A DNA stretch of 33,310 nucleotides from Pirellulales bacterium (GCA_044346795.1 JBIIYN010000003.1:1-33310), one strand, 5' to 3'; positions 1 through 9,782 are shown, numbered from the stretch's first letter. Notes: generated by a model from the sequence alone, not told the origin. Translations and numbers: made by a program.

Positions 1-597
1 CCCGAGGATCCCCACACGCCGCGCGACGGCGTGAGCTGGTCGCACGTGGGCTGGTTGTTCCGCCGCTCCCCCGACCGGCGCACGCTCGCATTCCTCGACA
101 AGTACGCCCGCGACATCCTCGCCGACCGCTACTTCCGCTACCTGGAGCGGCGTCCCACGAGCGCGCTCTGGATCTACCTCGCGCATGCGGCCCTCTTCGC
201 CGTGGCGGGCCTGCTGGTCGGTCGGCTGACGGGCGGCGATTGGGCCCGGGGACTCAGGCTCGGGGCCAGCTGGCTGGTGTGGGGAGCATTCGTCCGGACG
301 GTGCTCGTCTGGCACATGACCTGGAGCGTGAACTCCCTGTCCCATCTCTTCGGTTACCGCACGTACGAGACCGGTGAGGACAGCCGGAACAACTGGTTCG
401 TGGCGATGGTGGCGGCGGGCGAAGGCTGGCACAACAACCACCACCATGATCCGGCCAGCGCGAGCGTGCAGCACCAGTGGTGGGAGTTCGACCTGACCTA
501 CTACGAGATCCTGCTGCTCGAGAGGCTGGGGCTCGCGTCCGACATCATCCAGCCGCGGCACCGGCGTCGGGCGGCGTCGGTTTCGGCACGGAACTGA
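1..597 (+). CDS. Membrane-bound acyl-CoA/acyl-lipid (Delta-9-like) fatty acid desaturase, 5'-truncated by the window edge
   Basis: Frame 1 is open from base 1 (PEDPHTPRDGVSWSHVGW, the DPH(S/T)P..G..WSH.GW motif). It also has TWSVNSLSH, the third His box GEGWHNNHH, and WWEFD.TY. The real start lies upstream of the window. Confidence 0.92.
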   Translation, partial: PEDPHTPRDGVSWSHVGWLFRRSPDRRTLAFLDKYARDILADRYFRYLERRPTSALWIYLAHAALFAVAGLLVGRLTGGDWARGLRLGASWLVWGAFVRTVLVWHMTWSVNSLSHLFGYRTYETGEDSRNNWFVAMVAAGEGWHNNHHHDPASASVQHQWWEFDLTYYEILLLERLGLASDIIQPRHRRRAASVSARN

Positions 598-615
598 CCG
601 GAGGCGGCGGCCGCG

Positions 616-1650
616 ATGTCGGACATCCTCACTTCGCCCCGGCCCTCCCGCTTCGGCCGCGCCTGCGGCTTCCGGATGGCGGGCATCGGCAGCAGCGTGC
701 CGGCGAACGTGGTGACCAACGCCGATCTGGCCCGGCTGGGCTGCGACCCGGAATGGATCGTCGCCCGGTCGGGCATCCACGAACGGCGGCATGCGCCCCC
801 GGACGTGGCGACGAGCGATCTGGCCGCCGCGGCCTGCCGGGCGGCGCTCGAGCATGCCGGGGCCGATGTCGCGAGCGTCGACCTGCTCGTGCTCGGCACG
901 TTCACGCCCGACATGTCCATCCCTTCGACCGCCTGCATCGTGCAGGAGAAGCTCGGCCTCGACGCGCCGGCGATGGACGTGACCGCGGCCTGTGCGGGCT
1001 TCGCCTACGCGCTCGTGACCGCCGCGAACTTCCTGGCCGCGGGATCCAGCCGGCTGGCGCTCGTGGCGGGCGCCGACACGAACTCCCGCGTCGTCGATCC
1101 CGACGACGTGAAGACCTGGCCGCTTTTCGGCGACGGTGCCGGCGCGGTGCTGCTCGAGGCGAAGTCGCCCGAAGCCTCGGGACGGGAGCATGGCCTGTTG
1201 GCCTTCTCGCTCGGCTCCGACGGCCGCGGCGCGGGACTGCTCGCCTGTCCGATGAGCGGCTCGCGGCAGCCGGTCACGGCCGAGGGCGTGGCCGGGCGGG
1301 AGCAGTTCATGCAGATGGACGGCCGGGCCGTCTTCAAGTGGGCGATCCGGCTGGCCGAGGAGAACATCCGGCAGGTGGTCGAACATTCCGGCGTGCCGCT
1401 GGAGGCGATCGACCTCTTCGTGCTCCACCAGGCGAATTTCCGGATCATCGACGGGGTCCGCGCATCGCTCGGCATCCCGGCCGAACGGTTCATGGTGAAC
1501 CTCGATCGCTATGGCAACACGTCGAGCGGCTCGATCCCGCTCGCGATGGACGAGGCCTGGCGGACCGGCCGCATCGGGCCGGGCAGCACGATCGTGGTGT
1601 GCGGGTTCGGCGGCGGCCTCGCCTGGGGCAGCGCGGTCTGGAGGCTGTGA
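616..1650 (+). CDS. fabH: 3-oxoacyl-ACP synthase III (KAS III)
   Basis: Catalytic Cys in AACAGF, His in HQAN, Asn in YGNTSSGSIP, plus LFGDGAGA and GFGGGLAWG. A GGAGG RBS lies at about 600-604. Confidence 0.93.
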   Translation: MSDILTSPRPSRFGRACGFRMAGIGSSVPANVVTNADLARLGCDPEWIVARSGIHERRHAPPDVATSDLAAAACRAALEHAGADVASVDLLVLGTFTPDMSIPSTACIVQEKLGLDAPAMDVTAACAGFAYALVTAANFLAAGSSRLALVAGADTNSRVVDPDDVKTWPLFGDGAGAVLLEAKSPEASGREHGLLAFSLGSDGRGAGLLACPMSGSRQPVTAEGVAGREQFMQMDGRAVFKWAIRLAEENIRQVVEHSGVPLEAIDLFVLHQANFRIIDGVRASLGIPAERFMVNLDRYGNTSSGSIPLAMDEAWRTGRIGPGSTIVVCGFGGGLAWGSAVWRL

Positions 1651-1912
1651 CGGGCGCCCCGTGGGTCGGGTCAACGAGCCCAATCCGCCGGGGACGGCAG
1701 AAGTCTCGTCGCAGCGGATTTTTCTCCTTCCACGACCTGCGGCAGCACATTCCCCAGAAGGTCGAAAAATCCGAAAGCTCCTCGAGCTTCCGCCGATCCC
1801 CGGCTACCCGCAAAGAAACACGATACGATGTCGGTTTTTTCACAAGGCCGATCTCCGGCTGGCTTGTTTGCGGCGGATCCGCGTGGTGTGACTCGAATCA
1901 ACGAGGTGAAAG

Positions 1913-3727
1913 ATGGCTGATGCGACAGGTGCGGTGAAGCGGCTGCCGGCGCGGAGCGAGGTGGCCGTCGGGGATACCTGGGACCTCGGCAGCCTGTTTT
2001 CTTCCGCCGCCGAATGGGAGGCGGCGCTCGCGGCGTGGGAGAAGCGGATTCCCGGGTTCGCGGCATTCGCCGGCACCCTCGGCTCGGCGCCCGAACGGCT
2101 CGCGGAGTGCCTCGCCTACGACCTTGAAGTCGACCGTGAAGGGGACCGGATCGGCACGTATGCCCACCTGCGGGCCAGCGAGGACCAGGCGGCTCCCGAG
2201 CCGCAGCGGATGATCGGCCGCTTCCAGCACGTCGCCACGCTGGCCGGCGAGAAGGCCAGCTTCATCCGACCCGAGATCATGGCGATCCCACCCGACACGC
2301 TCGCCGCGTGGATGCAACTGCCGGTGCTCAAGCCCTACCGGCTCCTGCTCGAACGGCTCACCCGCACGCGTCCGCACGTGCTCTCGGAGCCGGAGGAGAA
2401 GCTCCTCGCGATGCAGGGCAGCTTCGCCGGCACGGCGGCGAAGGTGTTTCGTCAGCTCACCGACGCCGACATGAAGTTCGGCAGCGTGACCACCGGGACC
2501 GGCGGGCAGGTGGAGCTGTCGAACGCGACGTTCGTCACGCTCCTGCACGATCCCGTGCGGGAGGCGCGGCAGACCGCCTTCCACCGGTACTACGCCCAGT
2601 ACGAGGCCCACGCCAACACGCTGGCGGCCACGCTGTCGGGCTCCAACGAGCGCGATGTCTACGCCGCCAAGGTGCGCCGGTATCCCAGCGCCGTCGAGGC
2701 GGCCCTGTTCGCCGACAACGTGCCGATCGCCGTCTACGACCAGCTGATCGCGGCCGTCCGCGGCCACCTCCCCGCCGTGCACCGCTACTACGACCTGCGG
2801 AAGCGCATCCTCGGCCTCGACGAGATCCATCACTACGACTGCTATGTGCCACTCGTGCCCGAACTCGAAAAGCGGCACACCTGGAACGACGCGGTGCGGG
2901 TGGTGATCGAATCGCTCGCGCCGCTCGGGCGGGACTACACGACGCGGCTGGAGCGGGGCCTGCTGGGCCGCTGGTGCGACCGCTATCCCAACGCCGGCAA
3001 GCAGTCGGGAGCCTTCAGTTCGGGAACCTACGACTCCGACCCCTACATCCTGATGAATTTCCAGGAGGAGGCGATCGAGCACGTCTTCACGCTGGCCCAC
3101 GAGGCGGGCCACTCGATGCACACCAGGTATTCGGCAGAGGCCCAGCCCTACCACTACTCCGGCTACACGATCTTCGTCGCCGAGGTGGCCAGCACCTTCA
3201 ACGAGCAGCTGCTCACGCGGCTCCTGCTCGAACGGGCGGCGTCGAAGAAGGAGCGGGCCGCGATCATCGCGCGGGAGATCGATTCCATCCGCGCCACGAT
3301 CGTGCGGCAGACGATGTTCGCCGAGTTCGAGCGGAAGAGCCACGCCTCGGCGGAGGCGGGCGAGCCGCTCACGCTCGAACGAATCCGGGGCATCTACCGC
3401 GAGCTGCTCGACGCCTATTTCGGACCGCGGTTCGTCGTCGACGATCAGTTGGAACTCGAGTGCCTGCGGATTCCGCACTTCTACAACGCCTTCTACGTCT
3501 ACAAGTACGCCACGGGCCTCTCGGCGGCCATCACGCTCGCCAAGCGGGTGGCCGAGGGGGGCGCGAAGGAACTGGAGGCCTACCTCGCGTTTCTGAAGGG
3601 TGGCTGCTCGCAGTGGCCGCTCGACCTGCTGCGGGATGCCGGCGTGGATCTCGAGAAACCCGAGCCGGTGGCGACCGCCCTCACGCGATTCGGCGAACTG
3701 GTGGACGAGCTGGGCACGCTCCTGTAG
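1913..3727 (+). CDS. pepF: Oligoendopeptidase F (peptidase M3B)
   Basis: N-terminal TWDL..LF, GKQSGAFS, PYILMN, zinc motif TLAHEAGHSMH, FVAEVASTFNE, IPHFY..FYVYKYATG. A GAGGTG RBS lies at 1903-1908. Confidence 0.95.
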   Translation: MADATGAVKRLPARSEVAVGDTWDLGSLFSSAAEWEAALAAWEKRIPGFAAFAGTLGSAPERLAECLAYDLEVDREGDRIGTYAHLRASEDQAAPEPQRMIGRFQHVATLAGEKASFIRPEIMAIPPDTLAAWMQLPVLKPYRLLLERLTRTRPHVLSEPEEKLLAMQGSFAGTAAKVFRQLTDADMKFGSVTTGTGGQVELSNATFVTLLHDPVREARQTAFHRYYAQYEAHANTLAATLSGSNERDVYAAKVRRYPSAVEAALFADNVPIAVYDQLIAAVRGHLPAVHRYYDLRKRILGLDEIHHYDCYVPLVPELEKRHTWNDAVRVVIESLAPLGRDYTTRLERGLLGRWCDRYPNAGKQSGAFSSGTYDSDPYILMNFQEEAIEHVFTLAHEAGHSMHTRYSAEAQPYHYSGYTIFVAEVASTFNEQLLTRLLLERAASKKERAAIIAREIDSIRATIVRQTMFAEFERKSHASAEAGEPLTLERIRGIYRELLDAYFGPRFVVDDQLELECLRIPHFYNAFYVYKYATGLSAAITLAKRVAEGGAKELEAYLAFLKGGCSQWPLDLLRDAGVDLEKPEPVATALTRFGELVDELGTLL

Positions 3728-3756
3728 GCCCGACGTGGTCGGCCGACGAGACACCC

Positions 3757-3785
3757 GCCGACCGCTGACACGGGGCGGCTTTTTT
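3757..3785 (+). terminator. Possible weak intrinsic terminator after pepF
   Basis: Imperfect GC hairpin GCCG-A-CCG/CGG-GG-CGGC followed directly by T6. Confidence 0.45.
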
Positions 3786-3852
3786 GATAGCTTCTCGTCA
3801 GTGCCGGCAGGGAGCCGGCCTCTCCAGGCGGAGAAGACGCGAGGCAGCCCGG

Positions 3853-6800
3853 ATGGGCATCCACGTCGCGATCCATCACAAGACCGCCTACCGTTATGAA
3901 AGGCACGTCAGCCTGGGGCCGCAGATCGTGCGGCTCCGACCCGCGCCCCACTGCCGCACGCCCATTCTCTCCTACTCGTTGAAGGTCTCCCCGAAGACCC
4001 ATTTCCTCAACTGGCAGCAGGATCCGCAGTCGAATTGGTTGGCGAGGTTCGTCTTCCCGGAGCCGACGACCGAACTGACGCTCGAGGTCGACCTCGTCGC
4101 CGACCTGTCCTCCGTCAATCCGTTCGATTTCTTCCTCGAGCCGCAGGCCGAGCATTTTCCGTTCGCGTACGAGCCGTGGCTCGGCCGGGAGCTACGACCC
4201 TATCTGGAGGCCGAACCGGTCGGGCCGCTGCTGCGGTCGTGGCTCGAATCCCTCGGCGGGATGGCGGGTCGCACGGTCGATAAACTCGTGGCCATCAACG
4301 GTCGCATCCGGCAGGGGATCGGCTACCTCATCCGGCTCGAGCCGGGCGTGCAGTCCTGCGAGGAGACGCTGCGGCGGGGCACGGGCTCATGCCGCGACAC
4401 GGCCTGGCTGCTCGTCCAGGCGCTGCGGAACATGGGCCTCGCGGCCCGGTTCGTCTCAGGGTACCTCGTGCAACTCGTGCCGGACGAGAAGCCACTCGCC
4501 GGTCCGGCCGGTCCCGCGGCCGATTTCACCGATCTCCACGCCTGGGCCGAGGTCTACCTGCCGGGCGCCGGCTGGGTGGGTCTCGACCCCACCTCCGGCA
4601 TGCTGGCGGGCGAGGGGCACATCCCGTTGGCCGCGACACCCGATCCGGCCTCGGCTGCACCGGTGAGCGGGATGGTGGAGGCCTGCGAGGTCGACTTCGT
4701 CCACGCGTTGAGCGTCACCCGTCTGCGGGAGCAGCCACGCACGACACGGCCCTACGACGCCGCGGAGTGGGCGGTCATCGACGCCGTGGGACAGGCGGTG
4801 GACCGCGATCTTGCCGCCGGTGACGTCCGTCTCACGATGGGGGGCGAGCCGACGTTCGTGAGCATCGACGATTTCGAAGGAGACGAGTGGAACACGGCTG
4901 CCGTGGGCCCCACGAAGCGGCAGCACGCCGCCGCGCTGGTTCAGCGGCTGAAAGAACGCTTCGCTCCCGGCGGCCTGCTCCACTTCGGGCAGGGCAAGTG
5001 GTATCCGGGGGAAAGCCTGCCCCGGTGGGCGCTGCGGCTCTATTGGCGACGCGACGGCGAGGCGCTCTGGGCCAACGGCGAATACCTCTCCGGAGACTCC
5101 GCCTCGGCGGGCCACGGGACCGCCGAGGCGGAGTTGTTCATGAAGCACCTCGCGGGCCGGCTCGGTATTCCCGCCGGCTTCGCGCAGGCGGCGTACGAGA
5201 ATCCGTGGACGTTCCTCATGAAGGAGCAGTCGCTGCCCGTGAACGTCGATCCGCTCGACAGCAAGCTCGAGAGCGCCGAGGAGCGGGCCCGGCTCGCGCG
5301 GGTCTTCAGTCGCGGGCTCGGCCGGCCTGTCGGCTACGCGCTGCCTCTCTCCAGGCGGCACGAATCGTCGGGACCTGTCTGGCAGTCGAGCCATTGGCCG
5401 TTGCGGAGCGAGCGGATTTTCCTCGTCGCCGGCGACAGCCCGATCGGCTACCGGCTGCCGCTCGGCAGCCTGCCGTGGAGTCCACCGGGCGAGGAATCGC
5501 AGCTGCATCCGCGGGATCCGTTCGAACCACGTGCGTCGCTGCCCTCCCCCGGAGCGGGCCGGCCGATGGGCGTCGGCGCGTCGGCGGCCGGCGCGCCGCC
5601 GCCGGTCGACTCCCGCCGCCGACAGCCGCACGAACTGCTCGACCGCCGCGAAGCCGACGGGGTGCAGCGGCCGATGGCGGACGTCCGCGGGGCCGGGGGC
5701 ACGGTGGAGGGTGCGAGTGGGGGTGTCGTACGGACGGCGATCTGCGTCGAGCCGCGCGAAGGGCGGTTGCACGTCTTCATGCCGCCGACCAGCCTGCTCG
5801 AGGACTGGGTCGATCTCGTGGGGCACGTCGAGGCGACGGCGGTGGCGCTCGGCATGCCGGTGGTGCTGGAGGGCTACGCGCCGCCGCGCGACCCGCGGCT
5901 CGTCGAAATCGCCGTCACACCGGATCCCGGAGTGATCGAGGTGAACATCCATCCCGCCGCATCATGGCAGGAACTCGTTTCCACGACGGTGGGACTCTTC
6001 GTGGATGCCCGGCAGACGCGGCTCGGCACCCAGAAATTCGCGCTCGACGGCCGGCATGTCGGCACCGGCGGCGGGAGCCACGTCGTGGTCGGGGCGGCGA
6101 CACCCGCCGACAGCCCGTTCCTGCGCCGGCCGGACCTGCTGCGGTCGATGCTCGCCTACTGGCAGAACCACCCGAGCCTCTCGTATCTCTTCAGCGGACT
6201 GTTCATCGGGCCCACCAGCCAGCATCCCCGAGTCGACGAGGCGCGGCTCGAAAGCCTCTACGAACTGGAAATCGCCTTCGCGCAGATCGATCGCCTCGGC
6301 GACCATCCTCCGGCCTGGCAGATCGACAGGCTGCTGCGGCATCTCCTGGTCGACGTGCAGGGCAACACGCATCGTGCCGAGTTTTGCATCGACAAACTCT
6401 TCAGCCCCGACGGTTCGTCGGGCCGGTTGGGGCTCGTCGAACTCCGCTCGTTCGAGATGCCACCCCACGCCGAGATGAGCCTCGTGCAGCAGCTGCTGAT
6501 ACGCGCGTGCATCGCCAGCTTCTGGCGTCGGCCCTATCGGGGCCGTCTCGTCCGGTGGGGCAACGAGCTCCATGATCGCTGGATGCTGCCGCACTTCATC
6601 GAGGCCGACATCGCCGATGTGGCGCAGGACCTGCGGCAGGCCGGCTATGCCTTCGACGAGCGGTGGTTCAGGCCCCACGTCAACTTCCGCTTCCCGGTGC
6701 TCGGCAGCGTGTCGCAGCACGGTCTGACGCTCGAGCTGAGGACGGCGCTCGAGCCGTGGCACGTGCTCGGCGAGCAACCGGGGGGCGGCGGCACGGCCCG

Positions 6801-7230
6801 CTACGTCGACTCCAGCCTCGAGCGGCTGCAGGTGTCGCTCTCGGGCGTGGCCGGCGATCGGTTCACGCTGGCCTGCAACGGCATGCACGTGCCGCTCGCG
6901 CCGACCCGCACCGACGGCCAGTTCGTGGCCGGCGTGCGGTATCGCGCCTGGCAGCCGCCGAACTGTCTTCATCCCACGATCGGCGTCCACGCGCCGCTCG
7001 TCTTCGATATCATCGACACGTGGAACGGCCGCAGCATCGGCGGCTGCACCTACCACGTCGTCCACCCGGGAGGACGGAATTTCGACACCTTCCCGGTGAA
7101 CGCCAACGAGGCGGAGGGGCGTCGCTTGGCGCGATTCTTTCCGTTCGGTCACACTCCCGGGCCGATGGCCGTCGCCGCCGCGGCCCGGAATGCCGACTTC
7201 CCCCTCACGCTCGATCTTCGCATTGGCTGA
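3853..7230 (+). CDS. Transglutaminase-like protein fused to a DUF2126 putative amidoligase (COOH-NH2 ligase-like) domain
   Basis: N-terminal Bact_transglu_N-like region (HKTAYRY..V.LGPQIVRLRPAPH) and an intact triad in GSCRD / DLHAWAEVY / GLDPT. The C-terminal region has TMGGEPTF, PDPGVIEVNIHP, GTGGGSH, HPRVDE, GNTHRAEFCIDK and VELRSFEMPPH. Start placed at ATG 3853 (MGIHVAIHH) rather than the ORF-track 3784. Confidence 0.9.
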   Translation: MGIHVAIHHKTAYRYERHVSLGPQIVRLRPAPHCRTPILSYSLKVSPKTHFLNWQQDPQSNWLARFVFPEPTTELTLEVDLVADLSSVNPFDFFLEPQAEHFPFAYEPWLGRELRPYLEAEPVGPLLRSWLESLGGMAGRTVDKLVAINGRIRQGIGYLIRLEPGVQSCEETLRRGTGSCRDTAWLLVQALRNMGLAARFVSGYLVQLVPDEKPLAGPAGPAADFTDLHAWAEVYLPGAGWVGLDPTSGMLAGEGHIPLAATPDPASAAPVSGMVEACEVDFVHALSVTRLREQPRTTRPYDAAEWAVIDAVGQAVDRDLAAGDVRLTMGGEPTFVSIDDFEGDEWNTAAVGPTKRQHAAALVQRLKERFAPGGLLHFGQGKWYPGESLPRWALRLYWRRDGEALWANGEYLSGDSASAGHGTAEAELFMKHLAGRLGIPAGFAQAAYENPWTFLMKEQSLPVNVDPLDSKLESAEERARLARVFSRGLGRPVGYALPLSRRHESSGPVWQSSHWPLRSERIFLVAGDSPIGYRLPLGSLPWSPPGEESQLHPRDPFEPRASLPSPGAGRPMGVGASAAGAPPPVDSRRRQPHELLDRREADGVQRPMADVRGAGGTVEGASGGVVRTAICVEPREGRLHVFMPPTSLLEDWVDLVGHVEATAVALGMPVVLEGYAPPRDPRLVEIAVTPDPGVIEVNIHPAASWQELVSTTVGLFVDARQTRLGTQKFALDGRHVGTGGGSHVVVGAATPADSPFLRRPDLLRSMLAYWQNHPSLSYLFSGLFIGPTSQHPRVDEARLESLYELEIAFAQIDRLGDHPPAWQIDRLLRHLLVDVQGNTHRAEFCIDKLFSPDGSSGRLGLVELRSFEMPPHAEMSLVQQLLIRACIASFWRRPYRGRLVRWGNELHDRWMLPHFIEADIADVAQDLRQAGYAFDERWFRPHVNFRFPVLGSVSQHGLTLELRTALEPWHVLGEQPGGGGTARYVDSSLERLQVSLSGVAGDRFTLACNGMHVPLAPTRTDGQFVAGVRYRAWQPPNCLHPTIGVHAPLVFDIIDTWNGRSIGGCTYHVVHPGGRNFDTFPVNANEAEGRRLARFFPFGHTPGPMAVAAAARNADFPLTLDLRIG

Positions 7231-9781
7231 CCTTTCCGCCACTCCCGCCCCCCGGCCCGGGCCGGCTGCCGTGTCACCAGCGGACCACGCGTTCGATGCC
7301 TGGGACGAGATGGTCACCGGCGGCGGCCAACTGCGGCCCCACTGGCAGCGATTCCTGTCCGCGCACGGTCCGTTCGTGCCGGGGGCGATGGAGAGCAGGT
7401 GGCAATCGATCCGGGGCAGGCTCTTTCGCAACGGCGTCACGTACACCGTCTACGGCCCCGGCGACTCCCATGCCGGCGCGGAGCGGCCCTGGCCCCTCGA
7501 TCCGATTCCGCTCGTGATCCCGGCCGACGAGTGGCGGCTGGTTGCGGCGGGGGTGGCGCAGCGAGCCGCGCTCGCCGCCGCGTTGCTCGAAGACCTCTAC
7601 GGGCCCCGGCGGGTGATCGTCGAGCACGTGCTCCCCGCGGCCGCGGTGCACGCCGACCCCGGGTTCCTGCGGCCCTGCCATGGCGTGCGCCAGCAGCCGC
7701 GGCTCCTGCAGTTCGCGGTCGACATCGTGCGCGGTGCCGATGGCGCCTGGCGCGTGCTCGCCACCCGGGCGCAGGCGCCTACGGGGATGGGATACGCCCT
7801 GGAAAACCGCTCCGTGCTCGGGCAGACCATGGCCGACACCCTCGCGAATCTTCCGGTGGTCGGTCTGGCGGCGTTTTTTGCCGGCATGCGGGCCGCCCTC
7901 GACGGCCTGGCGGAGCGGGTCGCGGGCGTAGGTGACCGACCGTACGGGGTGCTGCTCTCGCCCGGCCCGCTCAACGAGGCCGCGTTCGAGCATGCCACCC
8001 TGGCCAGGCACCTCGACCTGACGCTCGTGGAGGGGGGCGATCTGGTCGTCCGCGGGCGGGCGGTGCATCTCAAGACACTGGCCGGCCTCCAGCGGGTGGA
8101 TGTGATCCTGCGGCGCATCGACGACGACTTCTGCGATCCGTTGGAACTCCGTCCGGACAGCGAACTCGGCGTGCCCGGGCTGCTCGAGGTCGTCCGCGAG
8201 GGCGGCGTGTGCGTGGTCAATGCGCTCGGTTCCGGTCTGATCGACAGCGGGGCGCTGGCCGCGTTCATGCCGGCGTTGTGCCGCAGCCTGCTGGGCGAGC
8301 CGCTGCTGATGCCGGACGTGCCCACGCTCTGGGCTGGAAACCCCGATCAGCGTGAGACGCTGCTGCGGGGGCTGCGGGAATTCGTCGTCCGGTCCGCTTT
8401 TTCGGCGGCCGACAGCCGTGAGGTCGTCGCCGCCGATTTGTCTGCGGAGGAACTCGAGCGGCTCGCCGCGAGGATCGTGTCCGATCCGATATCCTACGCG
8501 GCACAACCACTCGTTCGGCCGTCGGCCGCCCCCTGCTGGACGGATGGCCGGGTCGAACCACGGCCCGTGGCGGTTCGGGCGTTCGCGTGTCTCGGCCCGC
8601 ACGGCTGGCAGGTCATGCCGGGAGGCTTGGGACGGGTGTCCGCCGACGCGCGATACCCGTTCGTTTCGCTCCAGGAAGCCGTGGGCTCGAAGGATGTCTG
8701 GATCGTCAACGAGACGGCGAGTCGGTCGCCGCGCCAGCGCGTGGCCGCGGGCCCGCCGCGGCCGCCACGGCTCCGTCGGGCTCGCGTGGCCCAGGCATCC
8801 GCCCTGCACAGCCGAGCAGCCGAGCATTTGTTTTGGGTGGGCCGCTATGCCGAGCGTGCCGACATGCTCGTGCGCGTGCTGCGGGCCGTGGCGGATCGCG
8901 GCGCCGACGATGGGCGTCCGGGCGCGCAAGAGGAACTGCAGCCGCTGTTGCGGATCCTGGCCTGGACGGGCGCCGTGCCGGCGACGACCGTCTGGCTCGG
9001 CCAGTCGGAACCGCTCGATGCCGCCCGCGAGGCACTGGAGATGGCGTTCGACCCGCTCCATGCCGGTGGGCTCCCGGCTGCCGTCGCGCGTCTGCACCGG
9101 GCCTCCGCGGGGCTGCGAAACAGCCTCGCTCCGGATCTCGACCGCATCCTGCGGCAGTTGCAGGGGATCGTGGGACCGCGGCCGGCCGCGGGAAACACGG
9201 GCGACCAATCACTGCGGCTCGACGACGCCGCCACCGCTCTCACCGGCCTGATCGGACTGGAGCAGGACGGCATGCTGCGTGGACCCGGCTGGCACTTCCT
9301 CGTGCTCGGCCGCCACCTCGAGCGTGCGGTCGGCATCGCCGCGACGATCCGCGGCAGCGGATTGACCGAGGGCGCCGCGTTCGAACCTGCTGCCATCGAC
9401 GTCCTGCTCGAACTCGCCGCGGCCGGCGGCCGTGGCCGCCCGGGGCCCGTCCTCGCCGAGGCCGGTGACGACCGCGGAGCGCGGGCCTTCGAGTGGCTGC
9501 TGGCGGATGCCGATCACCCGCGGTCGTTGCTGTTCGTCCTGGAATCGATCCGGTCGCTGCTCTCGGCCCTGCCCGCCGTGGCGGGGATGGGCGGGGGAGG
9601 TCCGATCACCGCCGCCGTCGCCGCCGTGGACGGGCTCGTCGCGGATTTCCGCGGCGCGCCGCCGCCCGTCGCCCCGGCGGCCCTGGCCTGTGAGATCGCC
9701 CGCCTCGAGCGCATCCTCCCGGAACTTTCGGAACAGGTCACCGAGGCCTATTTCGCCCACATCCATGCGCAACGTGCCTGA
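7223..9781 (+). CDS. Circularly permuted type-2 ATP-grasp protein fused to an alpha-E (DUF403-like) domain
   Basis: WDEM..GG.LRPHW, RPWPLDPIP.VI..EW, GYALENR, LKTL.GL.RVDVILRR.DD.FCDPLELR.DS.LGVPGL, VMPGGL.R and SKDVW. The alpha-E part has two ER motifs (FWVGRYAERA, LGRHLERA) and HPRSL. The start is uncertain (TTG 7223 overlapping the upstream stop, GTG 7271, or ATG 7190). Confidence 0.88.
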   Translation: MADLSATPAPRPGPAAVSPADHAFDAWDEMVTGGGQLRPHWQRFLSAHGPFVPGAMESRWQSIRGRLFRNGVTYTVYGPGDSHAGAERPWPLDPIPLVIPADEWRLVAAGVAQRAALAAALLEDLYGPRRVIVEHVLPAAAVHADPGFLRPCHGVRQQPRLLQFAVDIVRGADGAWRVLATRAQAPTGMGYALENRSVLGQTMADTLANLPVVGLAAFFAGMRAALDGLAERVAGVGDRPYGVLLSPGPLNEAAFEHATLARHLDLTLVEGGDLVVRGRAVHLKTLAGLQRVDVILRRIDDDFCDPLELRPDSELGVPGLLEVVREGGVCVVNALGSGLIDSGALAAFMPALCRSLLGEPLLMPDVPTLWAGNPDQRETLLRGLREFVVRSAFSAADSREVVAADLSAEELERLAARIVSDPISYAAQPLVRPSAAPCWTDGRVEPRPVAVRAFACLGPHGWQVMPGGLGRVSADARYPFVSLQEAVGSKDVWIVNETASRSPRQRVAAGPPRPPRLRRARVAQASALHSRAAEHLFWVGRYAERADMLVRVLRAVADRGADDGRPGAQEELQPLLRILAWTGAVPATTVWLGQSEPLDAAREALEMAFDPLHAGGLPAAVARLHRASAGLRNSLAPDLDRILRQLQGIVGPRPAAGNTGDQSLRLDDAATALTGLIGLEQDGMLRGPGWHFLVLGRHLERAVGIAATIRGSGLTEGAAFEPAAIDVLLELAAAGGRGRPGPVLAEAGDDRGARAFEWLLADADHPRSLLFVLESIRSLLSALPAVAGMGGGGPITAAVAAVDGLVADFRGAPPPVAPAALACEIARLERILPELSEQVTEAYFAHIHAQRA

Positions 9782-9782
9782 C

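Noticed and set aside
1898-9208. Long antisense or alternate-frame ORFs over pepF and the ligase operon (1898-3754 -, 4456-5952 -, 4887-6575 +, 5962-7446 -, 7274-9208 -)
   Set aside because: They overlap genes with clear family motifs, have no recognisable motifs themselves, and are the shadow ORFs expected from high GC3 codon bias.
9432-9782. Overlapping extension of the second transglutaminase ORF, suggesting a programmed frameshift fusion with alpha-E
   Set aside because: There is a clean ATG at 9783 one base after the upstream stop, and no slippery sequence was seen.
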